Shown here one piece after another: positions 28,662 to 37,816 of a DNA stretch of 64,000 nucleotides. A program made the translations under genes and the position numbers. Numbering within the stretch: position 1 is the stretch's first letter; the number at the start of each line of letters is the position of its first letter. Below the pieces are notes generated by a model. The model had not been told where the DNA came from and did not search any database. It saw only the letters and a list, made by a program, of their open reading frames with translations. The stretch lies in IMG/VR virus record IMGVR_UViG_3300023714_000001; one strand, given 5' to 3'. Origin of the DNA: a virus (lineage: Duplodnaviria; Caudoviricetes).

Positions 28662-28892
28662 AATATCTCCTCCTCTTTCTCGTGCAAAATCCAGACCCTC
28701 CCTGGGCTAATATGCCAGGTTCAGGATCCTCACCAAAATACTAGGTACTCCCGGAAATTTTTCACAAAATCCGTTCCCCTATAGGAAAATTTGACATTAT
28801 CAACTATCTGTCAAAATCGCCGCCCGCCCCATAAGGCCATAAGCCTTCCTGTCGTGGACACCGACAAAATGATTGCCGGCCTGCATGTTTGC

Positions 28893-28921
28893 TTGCTTAA
28901 TTATGCGTTCAGATGTATAAT
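28893..28921 (+). promoter_or_regulatory. SigmaA promoter
   Basis: TTGCTT-17 nt-TATAAT. Confidence 0.7.
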
Positions 28922-28968
28922 AAGGAGTAAGAATAAAATGGTTATTTGCACAAAAGGAGGCGTTTGAC

Positions 28969-29388
28969 ATGGGTGTTGATTGGGGAGAATATTATGGCAC
29001 CGAAGACCCAAACGAAATGAGCGCCATGATTGACAAGGGCGGGATGACCACGCATATTGGCCGGAAAACTAAAAAGAAGACATATTCCACTGAAGAGGCC
29101 GCTGCAATTGGTTGCGTAGAAGCCATCGCAGAATTGGACAAAAAGAATTCGAACGCCAAGATAACTGAAAGGAATCGCCTTGCCTTTCACGCCTCCTTTC
29201 CTATAATGACAATGATTGACGCTGTGCGCGATATTGAGCATGAAATCTCATACGAGGAACGACAAGCTCTGGAAGACGAAATAATCGAAGCAGTATATCA
29301 ACACAATAAGCACATGGAAGATATTCTTAACAGGTGCAAAGAAATCAAACGTAAGGCTAAAATACTGGATAGTAAACTTCCGTTTTAA
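28969..29388 (+). CDS. Hypothetical protein
   Basis: AAAGGAGG RBS; followed by a long inverted repeat at about 29399-29464. Confidence 0.75.
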   Translation: MGVDWGEYYGTEDPNEMSAMIDKGGMTTHIGRKTKKKTYSTEEAAAIGCVEAIAELDKKNSNAKITERNRLAFHASFPIMTMIDAVRDIEHEISYEERQALEDEIIEAVYQHNKHMEDILNRCKEIKRKAKILDSKLPF

Positions 29389-29706
29389 ATAAGCACAATA
29401 TAAAAAGACAGACACTTCCAAGACTACCAATCAGAGACATCTTGAAACTGCCTGTCTTTTTATATATCGCACACGCTTTGCCTGTCTATTAATTTTCAGA
29501 ATATTCCATCTTTATTCTGTGCACTGCGGGCGGCAATGATAAATGATTAATCTTCAGCAATCTGCCTGCTATAAACAATATAAATCATAACAAAAGCAAA
29601 ATAAAATAATATCAGAACCTCTGTTGTTTCCGCTACCCTATTGTGTAATATCGGCCATAGAGAAGGAAAATCAAATACAACTACACAAAGGGGTAAAGTT
29701 ACAGAA

Positions 29707-30420
29707 ATGAAAAACTCAACCACCAAACAGTTCGGCGACAAACAAGAATTCAGCTTAAAAGACGTTCGTGAGCGCGACGATATGTACAACCGTTTCGACG
29801 CAAAACAGCGCACATATTTCCATGCAATCAAGGAACATGTGTTTACGTTCTGCGAGGCCACCACTGGTAGCGGCAAGACCACAGTATCCATCGCGGCAGC
29901 ATTAGATTTACTAGCAAACGGCGAAGCCGACCGAATTGTCTATGTGCGCACTCCTGATGACCGAAGTCTTCGTCTTGGATTCCAGCCGGGGACGCTCGAA
30001 GAAAAATGCGTAATTTATTGGGGCCCTCTTTGCGATGCACTATTAGCACTGGGTATTACACCAGACATGGCAGCTCAAATGGTTAATCTTGGGCTTCTGG
30101 TAGAAACCACGGACATTTCTTTGCGGGGTGTTAATTTTAGTCGAGCTGTAGTTGTATTTGACGAAATCCAGAATGCGGATGTGGAAACCATGCGCACTGT
30201 ATTTACCCGCTGTCACGAAAATTGTCATATTGTAGCCACCGGCGACCGTAAACAGCACGACAATAAAAAAATTGACGACGAGTTCTATGAGTACTGTATG
30301 TTCCTCGCCGAATCCGCGATGGGTAACAAATGCGAACTCACCCACAATTATCGCGGCGCCTTCAGCCGGCTGGCCGAAAGTTATGTCGCTCGTAAAGACA
30401 GAATTAAACAGGCCGCGTAA
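29707..30420 (+). CDS. phoH: PhoH-like ATPase
   Basis: ATTGSGKTT, LGFQPGTLEEK, LRGVNF, VFDEIQN, TRCHENC...GDRKQHD. Confidence 0.9.
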   Translation: MKNSTTKQFGDKQEFSLKDVRERDDMYNRFDAKQRTYFHAIKEHVFTFCEATTGSGKTTVSIAAALDLLANGEADRIVYVRTPDDRSLRLGFQPGTLEEKCVIYWGPLCDALLALGITPDMAAQMVNLGLLVETTDISLRGVNFSRAVVVFDEIQNADVETMRTVFTRCHENCHIVATGDRKQHDNKKIDDEFYEYCMFLAESAMGNKCELTHNYRGAFSRLAESYVARKDRIKQAA

Positions 30421-31138
30421 AAATCATCCCAACCCGCCCGCTATTTTTCTAACAGACGGTCTTCCATTATACCCCTCTAAAACGCAAAATATGAGGGGTG
30501 TTTTATTTTTGACGGCACTTTACCAGTTAAACACCTTTTCGTCGCGCTACGTTAAATCTATGGGGCCTATAGAGAAGATTTCAGGTAAAGTTCTGAATGC
30601 AGACAAGCGGCGCGGGCCGGATCTAAAAATTTTAGAGCTTAAGGATCTTGTGCGTGTATCTTTCCTATAGAGAAGAACAATAATAAAGTATTATGATTAA
30701 CCTTCAACATAAGAACGTAAGAAGAACATTGTAGGTAGGTTATATATGGGACATATAGATATATACCACGGACAATATCTTACTGCAAACATGATAGTAT
30801 CTGTTATATAGGGATACATTGTATTTGCGGTAGGTAAGAAGACGATAGCTCTATAGGGGACAATATGTAAGAAGTCACCATTATGGACAGTTTTTGTAGG
30901 GGCACATTGTTGCGCATGAGGACGTAGAACATCTTTCGGCGGCACGGGGCCGGGCATAGAAGCTGCTGACAGGGGAAGTTGAGGGGGCGGCGACCCCCTC
31001 AGTTGCTGCTCTAATAGCAGCGGCTTTAATAGCATTTAAGAAGTTCTCATTGACATGTACGAGCAGGTCAGAGTAAAATAGACAATACAAAAAGCCCCGC
31101 ACCGGCAAAACCGTGCGAGGCTCAGGAGGAATTAAATA

Positions 31139-33133
31139 TTGAAAATCAGAGTAAAACAATTGGCGCATAAATTCGTACAAGCTGGCGCCAAATCTCACCC
31201 CTTCACTCGCCACTATTACCGCGATAACAGCGATAAAAACATTTTGGCGAAGTACAGGGAAAAACATAATAACACGGAAATCTACGAAAATTTGTACACA
31301 ATGACCGTGGAAGATGACGCCAGCAAAGATGCGAAATCCATCTGGCAGGCAAATAAAGAACAGGCCGTTCTTACCGGAGACTTTGTTGTTGACCTAGACC
31401 TGCACGGCGCCGGCGACAAACCGGAAGCCTACGATGCTGTTCGCAATGATACCATTGGCGTTGTAAAACGTTTATGTCAGCTACTTCACATCACTGAAAA
31501 CCAGATGAAGATATACTGGAGCGGCGGCAAGGGATTCCATGTTGTAGTCCCGTATGCAGGATTGCTATCAGCAAAGAATCTAAACAAAGGATATCGCAGA
31601 CTGGCACAATGGCTTAATCGCTACTACAAGACGATTGATCTGACATTGTACGATGAACAGCGAGTCTGTCGCATTCCCAACTCTATCCACGGTAAGACAG
31701 GGATGTATTGCGTTCGTGTATCCTGGGAACAGCTTCAGAGTATGGATCTGATACAAATGATGCAATGGGCCTTTAACCCCCGTCCAGATGAGGACGTCTT
31801 CTTAAACGAAAGTCACGTAAGAAGTGTGTTTGGTTCAAATTTAGAACGGCTCTCAGGCCTTATACTACGCGGGTTGAAGGGTAGTAGGAAAACTAAAAAG
31901 AAACAACCCCGTACAATAACCGTAGAAGAGAGAAGGGGTGTTTTTCAGAGTATTTTCAGATTCAAACAACCTGGTGTGATTTCCGAGTCTGCCGTAAAAA
32001 TGTCGATTCCCCAAGCAATCAAATATGTTAAGAGCTCTATTGACATGGAAGAACTTACTGGACTGCGCGGACAATTTTGTGACATTTTTCACGAAGAACA
32101 AACACCCTCTTCTTGTTGGCTACGCCCTAACGCAAACCATCGTAATTGGATTTACAAATGCAGTTCAGCGTCTGCAGAGCTTACAGTTGATTCTATTGGT
32201 TTCACAATGTGTTGCTTGCACTGCACCACTATAGAAGCCCTTGAACATCTCTGCTCTAAAGCTAATATCAAGCTTGTGCACAACGAACATGGTAAAGACA
32301 TTCGGGAATTTATACGAACGAATAAGTTAGCTTACAAGAACCTTAACAGGATAAAAGGTGCCCATAACTTAATCGGTAGGGTTCTTAAAGGTGCTTACGA
32401 CGAATGTTGTGCTGACGTTCAATACATGGCTGAGCGCTATAACATGAATAAACATGGCGACGATATCTATGGCTCTGTTAGTTCCCGTTATTTATCCAAG
32501 AGACTAGGGAATAAGAACGATCATTCGTCTTCGTGTAAGAAACTAATTTTACTGGCCAGTTTAGGTCTTGTTAAACGTTTTACGGATGAAGATCTCCCTT
32601 TCTACGATACTTTGAGAAGGATGCCTTTTTATAAAAAATGTATGAGAGAACATTATGGTTGCACGATTCAGTTTTACAAATTAGCTGACCTTAGCAATAA
32701 AGAAGTACGCAGGGTTATCCGAGATAGAATCAGAGCATGGGTAGACAAAGGATCGCCCATTAAGAATATCAATCGTCAGGTTATCTCTGATGTATTTGGG
32801 GAAGAAATTGCTTCAGATGTCTATGCCAAGCACGATGCTTTAATGGCTAAGCGCGCATCCGTAGCAAGTAAAGTCGCAGAGGAAACTGAGGTAATCGCTA
32901 TCGACAATATTGAAGAACAATGGCGCTTGGAAGAGTTTGAATGGCTTAGAAAAGAAATGCGTGAAAATGCCAGACGACCAATGTTTGATGATTGGGTATT
33001 TGTACCTGCTACTGTAGCAGCGCCTCCCAAGACAAAAGCCGTCAAAGCTCCGAAATCGCGTACAGGTGCCGCGAAGCGCACTGCCTCATATACTTATATA
33101 CCTCAGAGCTTACAAGGGTGTCAGGCAGCCTAA
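31139..33133 (+). CDS. AEP-family primase/replication protein with Zn-finger-like and putative wHTH regions
   Basis: VVDLD, WSGGKGFHV, IDLTLYDEQRVCRIPNS (AEP motifs); FCDIFHEEQTPS...YKC (CHC2-like); upstream TTGACA-18-TAAAAT at 31050-31079. Confidence 0.8.
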   Translation: MKIRVKQLAHKFVQAGAKSHPFTRHYYRDNSDKNILAKYREKHNNTEIYENLYTMTVEDDASKDAKSIWQANKEQAVLTGDFVVDLDLHGAGDKPEAYDAVRNDTIGVVKRLCQLLHITENQMKIYWSGGKGFHVVVPYAGLLSAKNLNKGYRRLAQWLNRYYKTIDLTLYDEQRVCRIPNSIHGKTGMYCVRVSWEQLQSMDLIQMMQWAFNPRPDEDVFLNESHVRSVFGSNLERLSGLILRGLKGSRKTKKKQPRTITVEERRGVFQSIFRFKQPGVISESAVKMSIPQAIKYVKSSIDMEELTGLRGQFCDIFHEEQTPSSCWLRPNANHRNWIYKCSSASAELTVDSIGFTMCCLHCTTIEALEHLCSKANIKLVHNEHGKDIREFIRTNKLAYKNLNRIKGAHNLIGRVLKGAYDECCADVQYMAERYNMNKHGDDIYGSVSSRYLSKRLGNKNDHSSSCKKLILLASLGLVKRFTDEDLPFYDTLRRMPFYKKCMREHYGCTIQFYKLADLSNKEVRRVIRDRIRAWVDKGSPIKNINRQVISDVFGEEIASDVYAKHDALMAKRASVASKVAEETEVIAIDNIEEQWRLEEFEWLRKEMRENARRPMFDDWVFVPATVAAPPKTKAVKAPKSRTGAAKRTASYTYIPQSLQGCQAA

Positions 33134-33254
33134 TAGGGGCCTTAGGATTTATTTTGCACGAACGGAATATGTAAGAAGTAAAAAACGTATAAGAAGTTAA
33201 CCTTATATATGTCTGGGCCTCTTCCCTATTTATGGAATACTATAACCTAGCAAC

Positions 33255-33261
33255 GGTAATA
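33255..33261 (+). promoter_or_regulatory. Putative late-promoter motif GGTAATA (also at 37750, 39895, 45608, 52202, 60011, 62156)
   Basis: Same heptamer upstream of RBSs at seven late-region gene starts. Confidence 0.6.
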
Positions 33262-33315
33262 CTTGCCTTGAAGCTATATGTAGTTCGGAAACAAAAACAA
33301 CGGAGGAATAAATAC

Positions 33316-33657
33316 ATGGATAATAATACTACAGCAGAGCAGGCGCAGGATCTTAGCGAAGTTGTTATCGTAAAGGAAGCCGGTATGGATGCGCCATATA
33401 AGATTGAAGATGCCAGTATTGAATTTGACGTAGCAATTTCTGATGCGGGCGATCTGATTTTCAAGGGCGGCCAGCTTACTACCAGCTACTTCATTCAGAA
33501 TACCGAGCTTGATCACCTTGAAACCTGGAGATACTTTATTGAGGGTGTAAAAATCAAGAACATGCATATTTCTACCAAGCTCGATAAGATTACTTACAAT
33601 TTTAGCGCGAATAGCTTTGTAGACTATACAGTTAGTGCGGAGGAAGACAATGGCTGA
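33316..33657 (+). CDS. Hypothetical protein
   Basis: GGAGG RBS at MDNNTT. Confidence 0.7.
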   Translation: MDNNTTAEQAQDLSEVVIVKEAGMDAPYKIEDASIEFDVAISDAGDLIFKGGQLTTSYFIQNTELDHLETWRYFIEGVKIKNMHISTKLDKITYNFSANSFVDYTVSAEEDNG

Positions 33658-34381
33658 GGAAAAAGAAACAGATATAAAAGCGCCCACAGCTGCAGAAGTT
33701 GAACTTGAGGAAAATCAGCGCAACTATGACAGGATGATGGCCCGGCTCAAAACAAATGTCTGGGGACATAGCCAGAAGGGACTGCTCGCACTCAAGGCAA
33801 GTATGCAGCAGCTCTCGCTTAAGACGGGGATGTATGCCCGTATCCCAATTTATTGTAAAGGCGAAGGCTGTCCTTATAATGAATCCTGCCAGTTATATTT
33901 TGATGGGCTTGCACCGGTAAATGAGCCTTGCCCTCAGGAAGTTGCTTTGATTGGCCGCAAAGTCGCCCAGTATACTGACGAATTCGATCTGGACAAAGAT
34001 GATGCCTCCCCCACCGATAAAGCGCTTATAGAAGAAATTATCCTTATGGAAGTTTCCATGGAAAGATGTAAGGCGCTTATGTCACAGGAAGTAAATCCGA
34101 TCCAGAACGTTGCAATCGGACTTAGTGAAGAAGGCGAGCCGATTTATCAGCCGCAGGTATCCAAAGTTGTGGAAGCCTATGAACGTTTTTCCAAAAAACG
34201 TAATGCGGACTACAATCTCTTAATGGCTACTCGCAAGGACAAGAAGAAAGACATTGAAGAAGAAAAGCAGGCTGACATCTATTCGATTATTGAGGAAGCT
34301 CAGAATACTGAGGGATTCTTTGATATGGATAAGCGGCCGGATGTTCAGGATGCTGAATTTACGGAAAGCGGGGAAAAATAA
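33650..34381 (+). CDS. Putative terminase small subunit (Cys-rich)
   Basis: PIYCKGEGCPY..C...PCPQE plus helical region; lies upstream of terL. Confidence 0.45.
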   Translation: MAEEKETDIKAPTAAEVELEENQRNYDRMMARLKTNVWGHSQKGLLALKASMQQLSLKTGMYARIPIYCKGEGCPYNESCQLYFDGLAPVNEPCPQEVALIGRKVAQYTDEFDLDKDDASPTDKALIEEIILMEVSMERCKALMSQEVNPIQNVAIGLSEEGEPIYQPQVSKVVEAYERFSKKRNADYNLLMATRKDKKKDIEEEKQADIYSIIEEAQNTEGFFDMDKRPDVQDAEFTESGEK

Positions 34382-34701
34382 TGAGTGCCAGTGCGGAAGC
34401 CATAAATAAAATTGGCACTGCTGCCAGCGGCGTTTTTAACTTCATGAAAGAACCATGGGTGAAGGGTTATAAATATGCTACTGGCGAAGGGCCAAAAACA
34501 TGGAAGGGTTTAGCTAAGGAAGCCTTTGGTGGTGCTGAAGGAGATTTAACTGCATTCAAGGTTGGCGACGAACGTTATAACGGTGCTAAGATTGCCGGCG
34601 CCTTAGGCGGGCTTGGTATCGGTTATCGTTTTGCCTCTGGCGGTGGCGCCTATAGAGATAAGAATGGCAACACAGATATCGCGGGTATACCCTTTATTTA
34701 A
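34381..34701 (+). CDS. Small Gly-rich putative virion protein
   Basis: Hydrophobic Gly-rich segment, C-terminal GNTDIAGIPFI. Confidence 0.65.
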   Translation: MSASAEAINKIGTAASGVFNFMKEPWVKGYKYATGEGPKTWKGLAKEAFGGAEGDLTAFKVGDERYNGAKIAGALGGLGIGYRFASGGGAYRDKNGNTDIAGIPFI

Positions 34702-34719
34702 AACTCGGAGGTTGTGTGA

Positions 34720-35091
34720 ATGGGTATTACTGGCAGTATTTTTAAGAAAGCCATGGGCGGCGCTAAAGCGTTTGATAACACCATGACCAAGGCGGCGGAC
34801 AAGGTTTTGCAGGCTCCCGGCAAAATCATCAGATATGATGAGTCTGGATTTCCTATAGGACTCAATAAAAAAGGTAAGGCTGTTCTTATTGGGGCAACAG
34901 CTGTGGGTTCGGCAGCCAGTGCATACAATGAGAATGAGCGTAAGCACTTAGGAACTATCGATAGTAGAATAGTCTCCCCTACTCCAGATTATTCTGTTTA
35001 CCGTAACGGCTCTACCCTGTCCGCTCCGGGTGGTGCAGACGGTTCCCTTGTATTTGCTTTGGATAAAACTAAGAATGGGGGCTTCTTGTAA
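34720..35091 (+). CDS. Small Gly/Ala-rich putative virion protein
   Basis: GGAGGT RBS; GADGSLVFAL C-terminal motif. Confidence 0.65.
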   Translation: MGITGSIFKKAMGGAKAFDNTMTKAADKVLQAPGKIIRYDESGFPIGLNKKGKAVLIGATAVGSAASAYNENERKHLGTIDSRIVSPTPDYSVYRNGSTLSAPGGADGSLVFALDKTKNGGFL

Positions 35092-35093
35092 TC

Positions 35094-35546
35094 ATGGGGA
35101 TTGGATCCAAGATCGTAAACAAGATGTTTAAAAACAGTAAAGGTGAATGGAGTAAAATGGCCATGGCCGGAACTGGCGCAAATTTGTATTTCGGCGCTTC
35201 AGAATATGCCGATAAACGTGCTGAGGGTGAAGGAATGATATCTGCCGGCCTTTCCGCGGCCGGAGATATTGCGCTGGGTATTCTTACTCCTATGCCGTTA
35301 TATATTGGTGCAATGATGGCCCCTGCACTTGCCGAAGGGGCGGTGGATGCATACCATGCCTTAGACCAGTACGGACGCCAGTTAAAATCACAGAGGCGAA
35401 ACCTGCCTTTTCAGAATGCTACCTTTGTAGATTCACAACAGACATATACGATGCGTCAGGCCGGCATGAACCTTGCACGGCAGGGACAAATGGCCGCGCA
35501 ACAGACTTCAATGGGTAACGAGGCATCTGCCTTTGCTCGTTATTAA
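35094..35546 (+). CDS. Small putative virion/membrane protein
   Basis: FVDSQQTYTMRQAG...MGNEA; hydrophobic core. Confidence 0.65.
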   Translation: MGIGSKIVNKMFKNSKGEWSKMAMAGTGANLYFGASEYADKRAEGEGMISAGLSAAGDIALGILTPMPLYIGAMMAPALAEGAVDAYHALDQYGRQLKSQRRNLPFQNATFVDSQQTYTMRQAGMNLARQGQMAAQQTSMGNEASAFARY

Positions 35547-35566
35547 AAACTCGGAGGTGATACGAA

Positions 35567-36973
35567 TTGGCAGTTAGTTATGTTGGGGTAAATAAGGAAT
35601 TTGCAGGGGCGTGGCAAGACTCTGGTATGACCGAACTTCTTTCTGGTCAAGGAATGAGCGACAAGGAGATTAATCGGGTTATACGCAAGGCGAGCCGTAA
35701 TCATTGGGATTCGGAAGAGCAGACCGCTAAAGAGTTTGTTGGTGATGTGAAGAAACTCGTAGGTGGAGATGCGTTCTATAAAGACGATTATGGAAGCCTT
35801 TTCAGGGGTACATCACTCGAAGGTACAATTAACAGTATGCATACTCCTACCGCAGCGGAAAGATTAGATAATTATGCGCAAAACTACGATGTGAAAAACG
35901 GCATGTATACCGATGCTCAAATAAAAAGCATCAATAGGCGCATAAACAAATTGAATGGTGTTAAAAACACTGGCTCTCAATATACGGAACAAATGCAGGC
36001 AGAGTCAGAAATGAATCGAACGATACATGCCGCCGAACAAAGAAGAAATGCAAAAGAGAATTTATGGGGACAACAAGAAGCATCCGCTGAGCAATTAGCC
36101 GCAGAAGATAATTTGCGTGACTCCATAAGACATGGCGTAGACGATTCTACTGTTAGTACCCCAAAGAGACAATTGCGCAGACAAAGTGGTATGAAAGGGC
36201 GAAAACTTGACCTTGTTAATTGGGGGGAAGATGCAAAGACGCCCCAAACACCCACAGCTGTTCAAAAACAAATTGACAGTATGGTTGGGGCACCACACAG
36301 CGCAGCAAACAAGATGATTGCGGAAAAGATGGAACAGAGAGGAAAAACCTCTGTTTATAACGTGATGTCTCGTATGGATCGGCTACGCTCAAAGATCGAT
36401 CGAATCGATAACGCGGATCGAGAAACGTTACAAAGAAGTTTCTCCGAAGCTCATCTAAATGACATTTCCAAAAAAGCCAGTCACTTCACATTAAAGGAAA
36501 ATATGGCTAATAAGCTAGGGTATGTAAAAGCCGCCGCAAAAAACGTTACTGACTTCTTTATCGGAGGAAATACCGGTGGCGGACATATTCGTGCTCACAG
36601 AGAAAGTATCCAGCGTAAAATCGAGGAACGAGAAATGGATATGATGCGCGAGCAAAAGAAAGCTCCGCTTCAGAAAAGCATGGATAACCATCAGAAGCTA
36701 TTAGACAGAATTAATAATGGGGATAACGAAGCGTTACAGGCAACCCAAACTAAACGAGGAACCAGACAAATTTTAGCGCAAGACTGTATAGAAAAGCGCG
36801 CAGCGGCTAAAGCCGAACAAATGGCCAGCAAAGGCTTGGGCTGGAAAGGTAAGGCCGGTGCTGTAGCAGGTCTACTTGCTCTTGGCGGTATTATCGGTAA
36901 TCAGTTCGCGGGCGGCCATAAATCTAATGCCGAGCTCTACAACCCCAACCCGCAGCCACAATATTACAGCTAA
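35567..36973 (+). CDS. Helical protein with C-terminal hydrophobic segment
   Basis: GGAGGTG RBS, TTG start. Confidence 0.7.
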   Translation: MAVSYVGVNKEFAGAWQDSGMTELLSGQGMSDKEINRVIRKASRNHWDSEEQTAKEFVGDVKKLVGGDAFYKDDYGSLFRGTSLEGTINSMHTPTAAERLDNYAQNYDVKNGMYTDAQIKSINRRINKLNGVKNTGSQYTEQMQAESEMNRTIHAAEQRRNAKENLWGQQEASAEQLAAEDNLRDSIRHGVDDSTVSTPKRQLRRQSGMKGRKLDLVNWGEDAKTPQTPTAVQKQIDSMVGAPHSAANKMIAEKMEQRGKTSVYNVMSRMDRLRSKIDRIDNADRETLQRSFSEAHLNDISKKASHFTLKENMANKLGYVKAAAKNVTDFFIGGNTGGGHIRAHRESIQRKIEEREMDMMREQKKAPLQKSMDNHQKLLDRINNGDNEALQATQTKRGTRQILAQDCIEKRAAAKAEQMASKGLGWKGKAGAVAGLLALGGIIGNQFAGGHKSNAELYNPNPQPQYYS

Positions 36974-37101
36974 GTAAGATGTTTCACGCGTTTGCCAATG
37001 TTGCACGCTCTGGAATCCGCAGAATTATCAGCTTGATGTATTTTATGTATTGCATTTTTCAAGTTTTCCATGGTAAAATAAAAGCCATGGAGGTGAGGAT
37101 T

Positions 37102-37695
37102 GTGAACCCGCATCAACACTCACATGGCGGTGCCCGCCCCGGTGCAGGCAGGCCAAAAAAGAAAGCGCGTGACTTACAGAAAACACATAGCATCCGGGCT
37201 ACAGATAAAGACTGGAAGGAAATTCAATTGGCGGCCAGAACCATCAAGACGTGTTCTTCCATAGATAAACGCCCACGCATTTTTATGCTCACTGACGATG
37301 AACAAGATAAGGTAAACCAATTCCTTCTAAATGGACTTATCGAGGCTTGGCAAAATGCGCGTTGGGGTGAACCAGATACTACACCTCCACCCCAGCCACC
37401 TCTACTACAGGAACAAAAAGAAATAGAGATAACAAAGCCTCGCAATTTTAGCGAGGAAGAAGCAGTATCTATATTTCTTGAATACTATCGGACTAACCCT
37501 ATCGAGTCCATGTCTCTCATTCAAAGCAAACTTGAGCAAGAACAGCGAATTCGTGAAGCCAGAGAACGGCGGCAGCGGCAATCGGCAACAATGGATAAGT
37601 TCGATGAGAGAATGCAGAATGCTATGGACTCTATCGATGATATAAATGAACGCATAGCAAAGATGTTACAATTTCCTGGAGCCGGTACGAAATAA
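37102..37695 (+). CDS. DNA-binding protein (HGGARPGAGRPK motif plus RHH-like segment)
   Basis: GGAGGTGA RBS, GTG start; own promoter TTGCAT-18-TAAAAT with extended TG at 37050-37079. Confidence 0.65.
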   Translation: MNPHQHSHGGARPGAGRPKKKARDLQKTHSIRATDKDWKEIQLAARTIKTCSSIDKRPRIFMLTDDEQDKVNQFLLNGLIEAWQNARWGEPDTTPPPQPPLLQEQKEIEITKPRNFSEEEAVSIFLEYYRTNPIESMSLIQSKLEQEQRIREARERRQRQSATMDKFDERMQNAMDSIDDINERIAKMLQFPGAGTK

Positions 37696-37816
37696 TATCG
37701 TATCGGCTCTTTTTATGTCTGACAATAGGGCAAATAAATACACATTGCCGGTAATACGGGGAATGAGTTCCTTAATAGCCATTCCCCTTTTCGTAGTGCT
37801 ATGGAGGAAAACTTCT

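Noticed and set aside
29399-29464. Long inverted repeats here and at 28445-28505 as MITEs
   Set aside because: Single-copy, no target-site duplication, directly after stop codons; better explained as terminators or mRNA stems
36979-37695. HGGARPGAGRPK protein as the terminase small subunit
   Set aside because: The motif also occurs in RHH-type regulators, and the gene has its own sigmaA promoter; left as a DNA-binding protein
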